A stretch of DNA of 64,000 nucleotides from Candidatus Latescibacterota bacterium (lineage in GTDB: Bacteria > Latescibacterota > UBA2968 > UBA8231). Shown piece by piece: positions 39,391 through 49,020 of the stretch. Each line of letters starts with the position of its first letter. The stretch's first letter is position 1. A program made the position numbers and the translations under genes. The notes below the pieces were generated by a model. It was not told the DNA's origin. It worked only from the letters and a program-made list of their open reading frames with translations, and searched no databases. Location of the stretch: the NCBI GenBank assembly GCA_965248355.1, contig OZ252098.1:1760001-1824000 (forward strand). Direction: 5' to 3'.

Positions 39391-40878
39391 CTAGTCCGCG
39401 CCCACCGAGGCCTTGATCCGTTTCAACCGCGCTGCCTCGGGAAGCGTCTTGTAGTTGGGATCGAGAGGAAAGCACCCGGAGATCATGCCGTTGCGCGGCG
39501 CCGTGGTGCAGTCGGAGAAAGTGCGGCAGATGCGCTTGCGCGCCAGGGGCCGTCCCTCGAGCACGTGGGCCGGCAGGTCCGGGTAGGCCAGCACCATGCG
39601 GCCGAGTCCGGCCAGGTCGACCTCGCCGGCGCGCACCAGGGCCTGGGCCACCTGGGGGAGGTACTCCTGGAGATAGGAGTATCCCGAGCCGACGATGACC
39701 AGATCCGGGTGACGCGCCTTCACCTCGCGGACCATGGCCAGCTGCCGGGCCACCCCCACGAGGGGATCCTCGGGCGGCTGGTACCCGTCCGAAGGCGGAA
39801 ACAAGGCCGGACGCTGGATGTGGGGATTGTAGTACGGGCTGCCGCAGGAGAGGTTGACCAGACGGATGCCGAGTTCCCGGAGCAGGTCGAGGAACATGAA
39901 GGTCTCGCGCAGGTCCCAGGCGAGGGGATTCCCGTGGTCGGTTCCGAAGCCGTAGCGGTAGGGCAGGTGGTCGTCGAAGGGCTCGGGGATTCCCGATCCC
40001 GGCCGGCCTCCCTCGGCTCCCGCCGGATCCGGCCGGAACGGCACCCAGTCGAAAGCGGAGAGCCGGACGCCGATGGCGATCGGGCCGGCCCCCTGGTCGG
40101 CGCGGATGCCCTCGACGATGCCGCGCAGGAAGCGGGTGCGGTTCTCGAAGGAGCCGCCGTATTTCCCCGGCCGCGTGAAACCCGACAGCAGCTCGTGGCC
40201 CAGGTAACCGTGGCAATGCTTGACGTCGACGAAGTCGAACCCCGCCTCGCGGGCGACGCGGGCGCCGGCGACGTAGCGCTCGATCAGACCTTCCAGCCGC
40301 TCGTCGGTGATCGGCGGGTGATCGGCGCCGATGCCGAACCTGGAGTCCAGGATCGGGTGGCGGTAGGCGATGACGGGCTCGGGGCGGTCCTTGCGGAAGG
40401 GCCGGCAGAACCGTCCCGAGTGGGTCAGCTGCAGTCCCACGACCAGGCCCTCGTCGGAGCCGAACCGGTCCCGGTGCGCCCTCCGGAGAAGGTGATGAAG
40501 CTCGGCGATGCCGGCGGCGGTCTCCGGCGAGCAGATCAACTGGTTCGGGTTGGCCCGGCCCTCGGGGTGGACGGCGCAGGCCTCGCCTCCCCAGATCAGC
40601 TTGGCCCCCGAGATCCCGAAGTTGCGCCAGCGCTGGCGCACGAGATCGGTGGGTCTGCCTTCCCCGGTCCCGTCCCAGCCCTCCATCGGATGGATGGCAA
40701 AGCGGTTCCCGATGCGCAGGCCGGAGCCGGCGTCGATGGGCTGCGCCAGAGGCGATCCGGGCGCGGCGAGGAGGTCGCCGTCGCAGGGGACGCGCACGCC
40801 GAGGGCCGAGCAGTGGGCGCGCAGCTCCGCCGCGCTCCTGAACGTGGAGACGCGCTTGTGCCGGACCCGATCGGCCAA
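39391..40878 (-). CDS. NADH:flavin oxidoreductase (Old Yellow Enzyme family)
   Basis: NRFAIHPMEG, LQLTHSGR, AGFDFVDVKHCHGYL, YGGSFENR; C-terminal CRTFSDC...GC. Confidence 0.88.
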   Translation of the reverse strand: MADRVRHKRVSTFRSAAELRAHCSALGVRVPCDGDLLAAPGSPLAQPIDAGSGLRIGNRFAIHPMEGWDGTGEGRPTDLVRQRWRNFGISGAKLIWGGEACAVHPEGRANPNQLICSPETAAGIAELHHLLRRAHRDRFGSDEGLVVGLQLTHSGRFCRPFRKDRPEPVIAYRHPILDSRFGIGADHPPITDERLEGLIERYVAGARVAREAGFDFVDVKHCHGYLGHELLSGFTRPGKYGGSFENRTRFLRGIVEGIRADQGAGPIAIGVRLSAFDWVPFRPDPAGAEGGRPGSGIPEPFDDHLPYRYGFGTDHGNPLAWDLRETFMFLDLLRELGIRLVNLSCGSPYYNPHIQRPALFPPSDGYQPPEDPLVGVARQLAMVREVKARHPDLVIVGSGYSYLQEYLPQVAQALVRAGEVDLAGLGRMVLAYPDLPAHVLEGRPLARKRICRTFSDCTTAPRNGMISGCFPLDPNYKTLPEAARLKRIKASVGAD

Positions 40879-40884
40879 GGCGTT

Positions 40885-41661
40885 CTAGGAGCTCTCCGGG
40901 TTCGGAGCCGCCGACCGGCTCAGGACGCGGGCCCCGGCGCCGATCCCCACGGCCACGAGGGCGAGACTGAACAGCTGCGCGCCGGTCAGACCCAGCAGAA
41001 CCGGCGGATTGAGACGGATCGTCTCCACCCCGAACCGGGCGCCCCCGGCGAGCAGGAGATAGGCGCAGAACAGCAGGCCGGGCCGGCCTTCCACGGCCCT
41101 GCGCATGCGCCAGAGAAGGCCGAAGGTGGCCAGCCCCAGCAGGGTCTCGTAGACCGGCGCCGGATGGACGATCTCCTCCGTGGGCACCACCCCCTTCGGA
41201 TAGGCCATGCCCCACGGCAGGTCGGTGGGCACGCCGTAGTCGCCGTCGCCCGCCAACTGGCAGCCGATGCGGCCGATGGCGTACCCCAGGGCCAGTCCCA
41301 TGCCGATGGCGTCCGCCGTGGCCGGAAGCGGCGCCGCGTGGCGGCGGATCGTCCAGATCACCGCGGCCGTGGCCACGAGAAAGCCCCCGTGCCAGGTGAG
41401 TCCGCTGCCCGAGAACACGGCCCGCAAAGTCTCGCCCCAGGTGGCCCCATCGGGTATCTCGAAGAGGACGAAGTAGAGCTTCGCCCCGGCCAGGCCGCCG
41501 AGGATGGCGGCGGTGATCAGGCTCGTGGACAGCTCGGCATCGATGCCGCGACGGCGCAGCTCGCTCTTGATGACCACGTGCGCCGACAGGAACCCGAGCA
41601 CGACCATGGGGCCGAAGGTGGGCAGGCGGAAACCGCCGATCTCGAGCCAGTACGGATACAC
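40885..41661 (-). CDS. lgt: Prolipoprotein diacylglyceryl transferase
   Basis: GLTWHGG, AIGRIGC...DYG, LPWG, HPAPVYE, RFGVETIR. Confidence 0.9.
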   Translation of the reverse strand: MYPYWLEIGGFRLPTFGPMVVLGFLSAHVVIKSELRRRGIDAELSTSLITAAILGGLAGAKLYFVLFEIPDGATWGETLRAVFSGSGLTWHGGFLVATAAVIWTIRRHAAPLPATADAIGMGLALGYAIGRIGCQLAGDGDYGVPTDLPWGMAYPKGVVPTEEIVHPAPVYETLLGLATFGLLWRMRRAVEGRPGLLFCAYLLLAGGARFGVETIRLNPPVLLGLTGAQLFSLALVAVGIGAGARVLSRSAAPNPESS

Positions 41662-41663
41662 GT

Positions 41664-44600
41664 TCAGTCCACGGCGGACGGCGCCGGCCCTCGGTCCGGG
41701 GTGGCGCCGGAGTCAGCGGATCCCGGACCGAGCTCGACGATGCTCCGGCGCACGGACTCGGCGATCTCGCGGTAGACTTCGTAGGGGGTCAGGCGTTCCA
41801 GCAGGGACCGGAAAGAGCCGGGCTCGACGGCGCCGCCGAGGCGCACGCGGGCGTGGCGGGGACTGCTGGAGAGATCGCCTTCGCTGGCGGACAGATCGAC
41901 GCGGACGGGAATCACCGGCAGGTCCAGCTCCAGGGCCAGCAGTCCGATCCCCGGCTTGCAGGCACCCACGGAGGAGGGCCGGGGCGCTCCCTCCGGAAAC
42001 AGCAGCAGGGGCCGCCGCCGGCCGATGCGGCTCACCGCCTCCTCCAGGGCTCGCGGCAGGCTCTCCTGCCCGGACAGGGTCACCAGCTCGGCGAACCAGC
42101 GGCACAGCCTCGACTCCCAGCGGCCGCCGATGGTGTCCTGCCGCTCCACGAACAGGCAGAGCCCGTCCAGGTCCGGCCGCAACGCCGCGTAGATGGCGGC
42201 CGCCGCCGCCGGACCCGGGCGGCTGGCGGCCAGCAGGAAGGGTCCGCCGGGCAGATCCTCGGTGCCTTCGACCTCTACCCGGAGCGAGGCCCGCAACACC
42301 CTGGCGGCGGCGGTACCCAGGGCCGATCGCCCCCTCGGCGCCTCGGGTCCAGCGCCGCCGAGGAGCGAGGACCAGTAGCTCTTCGCCTCGGGTTCCTCCA
42401 GGGTCAACCCGGGATCCACCTCGTCGAGGAGCCGGCGCAGGGTGGTCCGCCGGCGGTCGATGGTGGGCGGCTTTGCGCCGGCCTCCTCGAGACAGGCGGC
42501 CAGCTCGACCGCCATGAGCGAGTCGATCAGCGTGTCCAGGGGAGCGTCGGCATGGGCGACGATCTCACCGACGGCCAGTCCCGACAGCCGGCTGAGCCGG
42601 TGGTAGACCTGCCGCTCCCAGGGGGCCAGGCTGTCGGCGGCGTCCACCTCCTCCGGGGCTCCCCGCTCGAGATCCTCGCGCAAAGCGCTACGATCGACGC
42701 GGCCGTCGTCGAGCCGCGGCAGGGGCCGGCGCTGGATGTGCAGCCGGGCGATCCGCTGCCAGCTGGGCAGGTCGCGCGACAAGGTGTAGGCCCGTTGCCG
42801 GATGCGCTCCTCCGTCTCTTGCAGGTCGAGCTCCCGGGCCCGGTGGTCGAGAACGGCGACCCCGTGCACCTCCTCTCCGAGAGTGCGGGCCGAGGGCAGG
42901 CCGACGACGGCCAGCTCGGCCGTGTGCGGCAGGCCGCTGTAGAGCTCTTCCACCTCGTCGGGATAGACGTTCTTGCCGCCGCCGGTGACGATCAGGTCGC
43001 GCCGCCGCCCGGTGATGAACAAGTAGCCGTCCTCGTCGACGTGCCCCACGTCGCCGGTGTGCAGCCAGCCGTCCCTCAGGACCTCGGCGGTCAGGTCCGG
43101 CCGGTTCAGGTATCCCGCGGTCACCGAAAGGCCGGAGACCAGGATCTCGCCGTCGTGGCCGAGGGGCGCGTCGATGCGCAGCTCGACGCAGGGCAGGGCG
43201 ACGCCCACGGATCCACGGCGGGCTCCACCCGGGGGATTGACGGTGACGATGGGCGAGGTCTCGGTCAGTCCGTATCCCTCGTAGACCGTGAGGCCCAGAT
43301 CGCGGTAGGTGTCGAACAGCGCTTCGCCGAGGGGCGCGCCACCGGAGACGATCAGGCGCAGTTGCCGCAGCACCTCGATGGGAGCCTGCGCTCCGTCCGT
43401 TCTCGTATCCAGACGCTGCACCCGGTCCGCCAGGATCTTGAGGATCCGCGGCACGGCGAGAATGGCCGTGATGCCGCGGTCCCGGATGGTCTCGAGGATG
43501 TTGCGGCTGTTGAGGGGGCCGTCGAGGTAGATGGTCGAGGCTCCGCCCCACAGGGACATGAGCAGGGCACCGGTGAACTCGAGTCCATGGTGCAACGGCA
43601 GGAGCGACAGGATGCGGTCGCTGTCGTGCACGCGCTGCACCTCCCCCAGCGCCAGCAGGTCGGAGATCAGGTTGCGGTGGGTGAGGATCACCCCCCTTGG
43701 GTCGACGCGGGTGCCGGAGGTGAAGATGATGGACGCCTCCCGGTCCTGGGAGATCTCCGGCTCCTGGAAGGTGGACCCGGCCATCTCCGCCGCCGCATCC
43801 ACCGGGGCGCCCGAGGCCAGGTCGATCCTGGTCCGCCCCGCGGCCGGGGCGATGCGGTCCAGGACGTCGGCGCCGGCCACGATCGCCCGGGCTCCGGCAA
43901 AGGCGGCCAGCCGCTCCACCTCCTCCCCCGGCGTCTGCGGGTCCAGGGGCACCACGGCGGCGCCGAGGAAGGAGCAGGCCATGTAGGAGATGACCCATTC
44001 GGGGCCGTTCTCGCCGGCCAGCAGGGCCCGATGGCCCGCGCCGAGGCCGAGCCCCTGCCAGCGGGCGGCTCGTTCCTCCACCCGCTGCAGCAGCTCGGCG
44101 TAGGTGATCCGGTGCCAGCGGCCTTCGGGGCGGGCCTCGAAGGCGACGCGCCCGGCGTGGCGGGCGCAGGCCCAGCGCAGCAGATCGGGCAGCGTGGAGA
44201 TCTCCCGCTCCGCCCGCAGCCGCTCCTCCTCGACACCCGGCTCCTCGGGCGCCTCCGGCAGCACCGCCTCCGGAGCCGCCTCCTCGCGCAGCACGTGGCG
44301 CCGCAGACCGGGCAGGTGGATATCGGCCACGTACTCGCGCCAGTCGATCCCGGTCACGTCCATTTCGAAGCAGGCGCGCTCCTGGGGGGGCAGCGACTCG
44401 TACAGCTTGCGCGTGCGGCCCGTCTCGAAGCGGCAATCGAGATGGGTGTACGGGTGATAGATGTCCACGTAGTAGAGCACGCGCTGCAGCCGGACCTTGG
44501 CCGTCCCGAGGAGCCGCCGCTTCCGCGGCGGCGGCGAACGGCCGGGCAGGTCGAGGAGCCTCTCCCGGAGCTGGATGGGCCCGAGATGCCGCAGTCGAAA

Positions 44601-45875
44601 GAGGATCCGGAACAGGCGCAGGCTCGGGTAGCGCCAATCGGGCAGCGGCGGCCTTCGACCGTCGCGGTCCGGCATGGGTGTGCGCATGTAGTGAGCGCGC
44701 ACGCTGTCGAACAGCCGGCCCAGGCGCACCGGGTTCTCGGTGCCCGTGGCCACCTGGAAGACCTCCACCGAATCCGGCCGCGCCCGCACCGCGGCGGCGA
44801 GGGTGGCGTTCACCACCCGGTCCACCGGGATCAGGTCGAGGATGATGTCCGGCCGCGCGGGAAAGTCCGGCACCAGGCCCCGTCCGTAGGCGACGATCAG
44901 AGGGTCCATCACCTTCAGCCCCGTGATCCAGCCCGGTTCCGGATCGGCGAGGCTGCTCTCGATGATGCTGGGACGAACGACCACCAGGGGTACGTCGCCG
45001 CGCCGCAGGGTGAGCATCTGCTCGCCCATGGCCTTCGTATAGGTGTAGACGTCGTTCCACCCATGCTCGCGGGCCCGTCGCATGCCCTCCGCCACCAGGC
45101 GCCTCCGGACCCAGCGCGCCCGGCGATCCTCGACGAGCTGCTCGAGACGGGTGCTCGTCAGCTTGCGGCTCCCGGGGCGCCCGTACTCGCGTACCACCTC
45201 CCGTTTCAGGCGCCGGGTGAAGTCCTCCTCGGCGGCCTCTTCCCGGATGCGCCGGCAGGCCGCCCGGCAGTCGGCCACCTCGCTCACGGGATCGAAGCCG
45301 GGGCCGTCGCCGTCGATGACCTGGCGCATGTCCCGGTCGACGGGCAAGGGCTCGTCGGGAATCGTTCCCTGGCGCTGACCGTTCACGTAGGCGGTGGAGA
45401 CGTGCACGAAGTCGACGCGCCGCTTCGTGGCCCCGGCCAGCTCCATCAGGGCCAGCGGCCCCCCGACGTTGGCCTGGACCGACACGTCCAGGGGCTCGTC
45501 GAAGACGACGGTTGCGGCGCTGTTGAAGATCGTGTCGACCTCGGCCGACAGTCGCTGCCGATCCTCGGAGGACAGTCCCAGATCGGCCTGACGCTCGTCG
45601 ATGGCCACCGGGAGCACCTTCTCTCGAAGGCGCTCCCACCGGCCGGGGTCGGCCTCCGCCAGGCGCTGAAAGAGAGCCGTCTGGTACAAATCCTGCAGAC
45701 GCTCGTCGGGGGAGACTTCCCGGCCATCGGCTCGCCGGCGGGGACGGATCATCAGGTAGACGCGGCGGACCTCCTCCCCGAGGTCGCGCAGGATCTTGGC
45801 CAGCAGCGCCTGGCCGACGAAACCCGTACTCCCGGTGATCAGCAGACTTCGGTCTGTGTAGTACTCACGGATCAT
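41664..45875 (-). CDS. Multidomain fatty acyl reductase / acyl-adenylation / ACP / acyltransferase-like protein (ElbD-like architecture)
   Basis: TGSTGFVG, HVSTAYV, YTYTK, RPSII (FAR); IFTSGT, YEGYGLTE, HTGDVG, GGKNVYP (AMP-binding); IDSL (ACP); LLFPEG, PVIPV (PlsC-like). Confidence 0.85.
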   Translation of the reverse strand: MIREYYTDRSLLITGSTGFVGQALLAKILRDLGEEVRRVYLMIRPRRRADGREVSPDERLQDLYQTALFQRLAEADPGRWERLREKVLPVAIDERQADLGLSSEDRQRLSAEVDTIFNSAATVVFDEPLDVSVQANVGGPLALMELAGATKRRVDFVHVSTAYVNGQRQGTIPDEPLPVDRDMRQVIDGDGPGFDPVSEVADCRAACRRIREEAAEEDFTRRLKREVVREYGRPGSRKLTSTRLEQLVEDRRARWVRRRLVAEGMRRAREHGWNDVYTYTKAMGEQMLTLRRGDVPLVVVRPSIIESSLADPEPGWITGLKVMDPLIVAYGRGLVPDFPARPDIILDLIPVDRVVNATLAAAVRARPDSVEVFQVATGTENPVRLGRLFDSVRAHYMRTPMPDRDGRRPPLPDWRYPSLRLFRILFRLRHLGPIQLRERLLDLPGRSPPPRKRRLLGTAKVRLQRVLYYVDIYHPYTHLDCRFETGRTRKLYESLPPQERACFEMDVTGIDWREYVADIHLPGLRRHVLREEAAPEAVLPEAPEEPGVEEERLRAEREISTLPDLLRWACARHAGRVAFEARPEGRWHRITYAELLQRVEERAARWQGLGLGAGHRALLAGENGPEWVISYMACSFLGAAVVPLDPQTPGEEVERLAAFAGARAIVAGADVLDRIAPAAGRTRIDLASGAPVDAAAEMAGSTFQEPEISQDREASIIFTSGTRVDPRGVILTHRNLISDLLALGEVQRVHDSDRILSLLPLHHGLEFTGALLMSLWGGASTIYLDGPLNSRNILETIRDRGITAILAVPRILKILADRVQRLDTRTDGAQAPIEVLRQLRLIVSGGAPLGEALFDTYRDLGLTVYEGYGLTETSPIVTVNPPGGARRGSVGVALPCVELRIDAPLGHDGEILVSGLSVTAGYLNRPDLTAEVLRDGWLHTGDVGHVDEDGYLFITGRRRDLIVTGGGKNVYPDEVEELYSGLPHTAELAVVGLPSARTLGEEVHGVAVLDHRARELDLQETEERIRQRAYTLSRDLPSWQRIARLHIQRRPLPRLDDGRVDRSALREDLERGAPEEVDAADSLAPWERQVYHRLSRLSGLAVGEIVAHADAPLDTLIDSLMAVELAACLEEAGAKPPTIDRRRTTLRRLLDEVDPGLTLEEPEAKSYWSSLLGGAGPEAPRGRSALGTAAARVLRASLRVEVEGTEDLPGGPFLLAASRPGPAAAAAIYAALRPDLDGLCLFVERQDTIGGRWESRLCRWFAELVTLSGQESLPRALEEAVSRIGRRRPLLLFPEGAPRPSSVGACKPGIGLLALELDLPVIPVRVDLSASEGDLSSSPRHARVRLGGAVEPGSFRSLLERLTPYEVYREIAESVRRSIVELGPGSADSGATPDRGPAPSAVD

Positions 45876-46225
45876 CGACGTGGAGGGAACCGGAGGTGGG
45901 AGGGGAGGAAGGACGTAACTCTCCGCCGAATCCGTATGTTATCGACACGGATCAGGCCTGACAAGGAGGCGCGCGGCGTCAGGAGACCGGCGGCGGCGGG
46001 GCCTCGTCCTCCTTGCAGCCACCCTCGTCCTCCGGCCTGCGGCGCGGCTCCTGACGGGTGATGTAGGGATGCCGCACCTGCTGACGCAGGGCCTCGCGAT
46101 CCGGCCCGCAGCGATCCCCCGCCCGGGAGCGTCCTTTCGGTTCATCCTTCATGTACTCAAGTGTACGTCGTTGCCCTTGGAGATGAAATCACCCCGGCGG
46201 ACGACCCCCGCCCGATGAGATCCCG

Positions 46226-47125
46226 ATGATCGACGGACCCTGGACCCTGATCGCCAATCCCGCGGCGGGAGGCGGGCGCGGCCGCAGGGTGGCCGAGCAC
46301 GGCCGGCGCCGCCTGCGGCAGGCCGGGCTGGACGTCACCCTGGCCTGGACCCAAGGGCGCGGACAGGCGCGGGAGCTGGCCGCCGCCGCCATCGCCCGGG
46401 GCTGCCCGGTGGTCGTCGTCTGCGGCGGGGACGGCACCGTGGCGGAGGTGCTGCCGGAGCTGGCCGGCCAGGGCACGAGCCTCGGCCTCCTGCCCGCCGG
46501 GACCTGCAACGACCTGGCCCGCGCCCTCGGCGTCCCCAGGTCCGCGGAGCCGGCGGTGCGGGTTCTCGTCGAGGGCCGGCCCCGGCCGATCGATCTGGGC
46601 CGCTGCGGGCAGGCCTGGTTCGCCACCATCGCCTCCTTCGGCTTCGACGCGGAGGTGGGCGGGGCGATGGCGGCGGGGCTCGCGCCGTTCTCCGGAACGG
46701 CCGGTTACCTCTACACCGCTCTCCGCCATCTGCGCAGGTACCGCCCGCCCAGGGTGCGGGTCCGGGGTGACTTCGGCGTACTGGAGCGGGAGGTCTTCCT
46801 CGCGGCCACGGCCAACACCAGCTCCTACGGTGGAGGCATGCGCATCTGCCCGGAGGCCGACCCGACGGACGGAAGGCTCGACCTCTGCCTGGTCGACGGC
46901 AGCGTCTCTCCGCGCGTGGTGCTCGCCATGCTTCCCAGGATCTTCCGGGGCGGCCACGTGCGCTCCCCGGCGGTGCGCATGCTGCGCTCCTCCTGGGTGG
47001 AGATCGAGCCCCTCGACGGCGGGCCCATGTCCCTGCGCGCCGACGGCGAGCGCCTGGCCGACGCGCCGGCGGTGCTGCATGTCGAACCCCAGGCACTGAG
47101 GGTCATTCAGCCGGCCTCTCCATAG
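46226..47125 (+). CDS. Diacylglycerol/lipid kinase family protein (DagK/YegS)
   Basis: NPAAGGG, GGDGTV, PAGTCNDLARALG, GFDA, YGGGM, ADGE. Confidence 0.9.
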   Translation: MIDGPWTLIANPAAGGGRGRRVAEHGRRRLRQAGLDVTLAWTQGRGQARELAAAAIARGCPVVVVCGGDGTVAEVLPELAGQGTSLGLLPAGTCNDLARALGVPRSAEPAVRVLVEGRPRPIDLGRCGQAWFATIASFGFDAEVGGAMAAGLAPFSGTAGYLYTALRHLRRYRPPRVRVRGDFGVLEREVFLAATANTSSYGGGMRICPEADPTDGRLDLCLVDGSVSPRVVLAMLPRIFRGGHVRSPAVRMLRSSWVEIEPLDGGPMSLRADGERLADAPAVLHVEPQALRVIQPASP

Positions 47126-47257
47126 GGGCCGCGGGTCCCATCTTCAGGGCCGGACCGAGGCCGGCGGTGGCGGATCTGCGGCCGATGTTGCATATTGCGC
47201 ATGCCGCCCCCCCACTGGCGGACTCCTCCCTGACCCATCCCCGCGACCCCCCGACCC

Positions 47258-48229
47258 ATGGCCACCAGGGCACAAAGAGTCCGTCTCGCCGTCTTTCTCA
47301 TGTTCTCCATCAGCGTTCTCGGCGGCTTCCTCGTCGTCGTGGCGGGATCCCAGTTGCTGCGCCAGCGGCTGACCTACTACATCGAGTTCGCGGAGTCCGT
47401 GGGCGGCCTGTCCGCCGGCGATCCCGTCAAGTACCAGGGCATCACCGTGGGCCGCGTGGATGACACGCGCGTGTCCGGCGACGAGATCGGCGTCGTTCTC
47501 GTGGAGATCTCCCTGGAGGCCCGCAAGGTGCCCAACCTGATCCGCACCGACACCCAGGCGCGGCTCTACAGCCAGGGCGTGACCGGGCTGAAGTACATCG
47601 AGCTGAGCTCCGGATCCCCCGACGCGCCGCTCCTCGAGCCGGGTCAGGTCCTGCCGGCGCGGGCGACCTTCCTGTCGAACATGGAGGAACGAGCGGAGGT
47701 GCTCATGGTGCGCATCGAGGCCCTGCTGACCAACCTGACGGCGATGACGGCGGAGCAGAACCAGCACCGCCTGGGCCGGATGATCGAGGCCGGCTCGGAG
47801 TTGATGGAGAACACCAACGCCCTGCTCACCGACCGGAGGGGCGACCTGGGCGAGACGATCACCAACCTGGCCCGGGTCACCGACAACCTGGCGGCCACCA
47901 CCGCCTCCATGCGCGCCGCCATGGACTCCATCCGGGTCCTGACCTCCGCCGAGGAGACGCGTGCGGCCCTGCGCGATCTCAGCCGGTCGATCCGCGTCCT
48001 GCGCGAGCACCTCGAAGGACCGGTGCCCGAGCTGCTGGCCAGCCTGCAGCAGATGACGGGGAAGATCGACGCCACCGTCACCCACGTGGACCGGACCGTG
48101 CTGCAGAGCCGCAAGAACATCCTCGACGCCATGCAGAGCCTGGAGGAGACGCTGCTCAACGTGCGCCAGGCCACGGAGCTGATCCGCGAGAATCCCGCCG
48201 TGCTGCTTCGCGGAAGGACGGACCCGTGA
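47258..48229 (+). CDS. MlaD/MCE-domain protein with helical C-terminus
   Basis: N-terminal TM; VGGLSAGDPVKYQGITVGRV; GVTGLKYIEL; ENPAVLLRG. Confidence 0.9.
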   Translation: MATRAQRVRLAVFLMFSISVLGGFLVVVAGSQLLRQRLTYYIEFAESVGGLSAGDPVKYQGITVGRVDDTRVSGDEIGVVLVEISLEARKVPNLIRTDTQARLYSQGVTGLKYIELSSGSPDAPLLEPGQVLPARATFLSNMEERAEVLMVRIEALLTNLTAMTAEQNQHRLGRMIEAGSELMENTNALLTDRRGDLGETITNLARVTDNLAATTASMRAAMDSIRVLTSAEETRAALRDLSRSIRVLREHLEGPVPELLASLQQMTGKIDATVTHVDRTVLQSRKNILDAMQSLEETLLNVRQATELIRENPAVLLRGRTDP

Positions 48230-49020
48230 CCCCCGGGAACCGGGGCCTGGCGGTGGCGGCCCTGCTGGTCCTGCTGGCGGCCTCCGGGTGCTCGAGTCTC
48301 ATCGCGGGCAAGGCCGAGGTCCGCGAGCGCCGCAAGTTCATCATCGAGGGCCAGTCCCAGCGCCTGAATCTGCCGTTGTCGGAACGTCCCTACGAGCTCA
48401 GGGTCCAGATCGAGCGCTTCGCCATCTCCAAGTTCTACGAGCGCGATCAGATCGTCTACCGCCTGTCCCCGGAGGAGATCCGGGACGACCGCTACAACCT
48501 CTGGGCCGTCCGTCCGAGCGAGATGATCACCAACGCCGTCGCCGATTACCTCCGGTCGGCGAACCTGTTCACCGACCTGCGTCCGGACTTCCTCGACGTA
48601 ACCCCGGAACTCACCCTCACCGGGACGATCGACGCCTTCGAGCGCTTCGACTCCGGGGACCGCTGGTGGGCCCGGCTCGACGGCACCCTGCAACTGGTGG
48701 ACGGCGAGGGCAGGATCTTCTGGCAGCACCGGTTCGCGCCGAGCGAGGTGGAGGTCTTCGAGGCGGACATGGCCTTCACCGTCCAGGGAATGAACGAGAT
48801 CCTGCGCCGGAACATGATCGATGCGATCCGCTCTCTCGACCGGGCCCTGTTGATCCGCAAGGCCAGCGCCGAGGGACGCGACCTGACGGGCCTTCTGGAG
48901 GAGGAGGGCAACGGCGCCGCGCCGGTGTCCACCGAGGCGGAGGCGACGCCGGAGACCCCGCGCGAGACCGAGGACTACATCGTGGTGCCAGGGAAGCTGG
49001 CCCCGCAGGGGGGCCGGTGA
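48226..49020 (+). CDS. PqiC-like ABC transport auxiliary lipoprotein
   Basis: Lipobox ASGC; IVYR...YNLWAVRPSEM; LTGTIDAFE. Confidence 0.75.
   Translation: MTPGNRGLAVAALLVLLAASGCSSLIAGKAEVRERRKFIIEGQSQRLNLPLSERPYELRVQIERFAISKFYERDQIVYRLSPEEIRDDRYNLWAVRPSEMITNAVADYLRSANLFTDLRPDFLDVTPELTLTGTIDAFERFDSGDRWWARLDGTLQLVDGEGRIFWQHRFAPSEVEVFEADMAFTVQGMNEILRRNMIDAIRSLDRALLIRKASAEGRDLTGLLEEEGNGAAPVSTEAEATPETPRETEDYIVVPGKLAPQGGR

Noticed and set aside
41853..46061. 1402-aa plus-strand ORF and similar long antisense ORFs (e.g. 21733..24966, 6061..8250, 39565..41775)
   Set aside because: Shadow frames of real genes, expected in very high-GC DNA; no motifs
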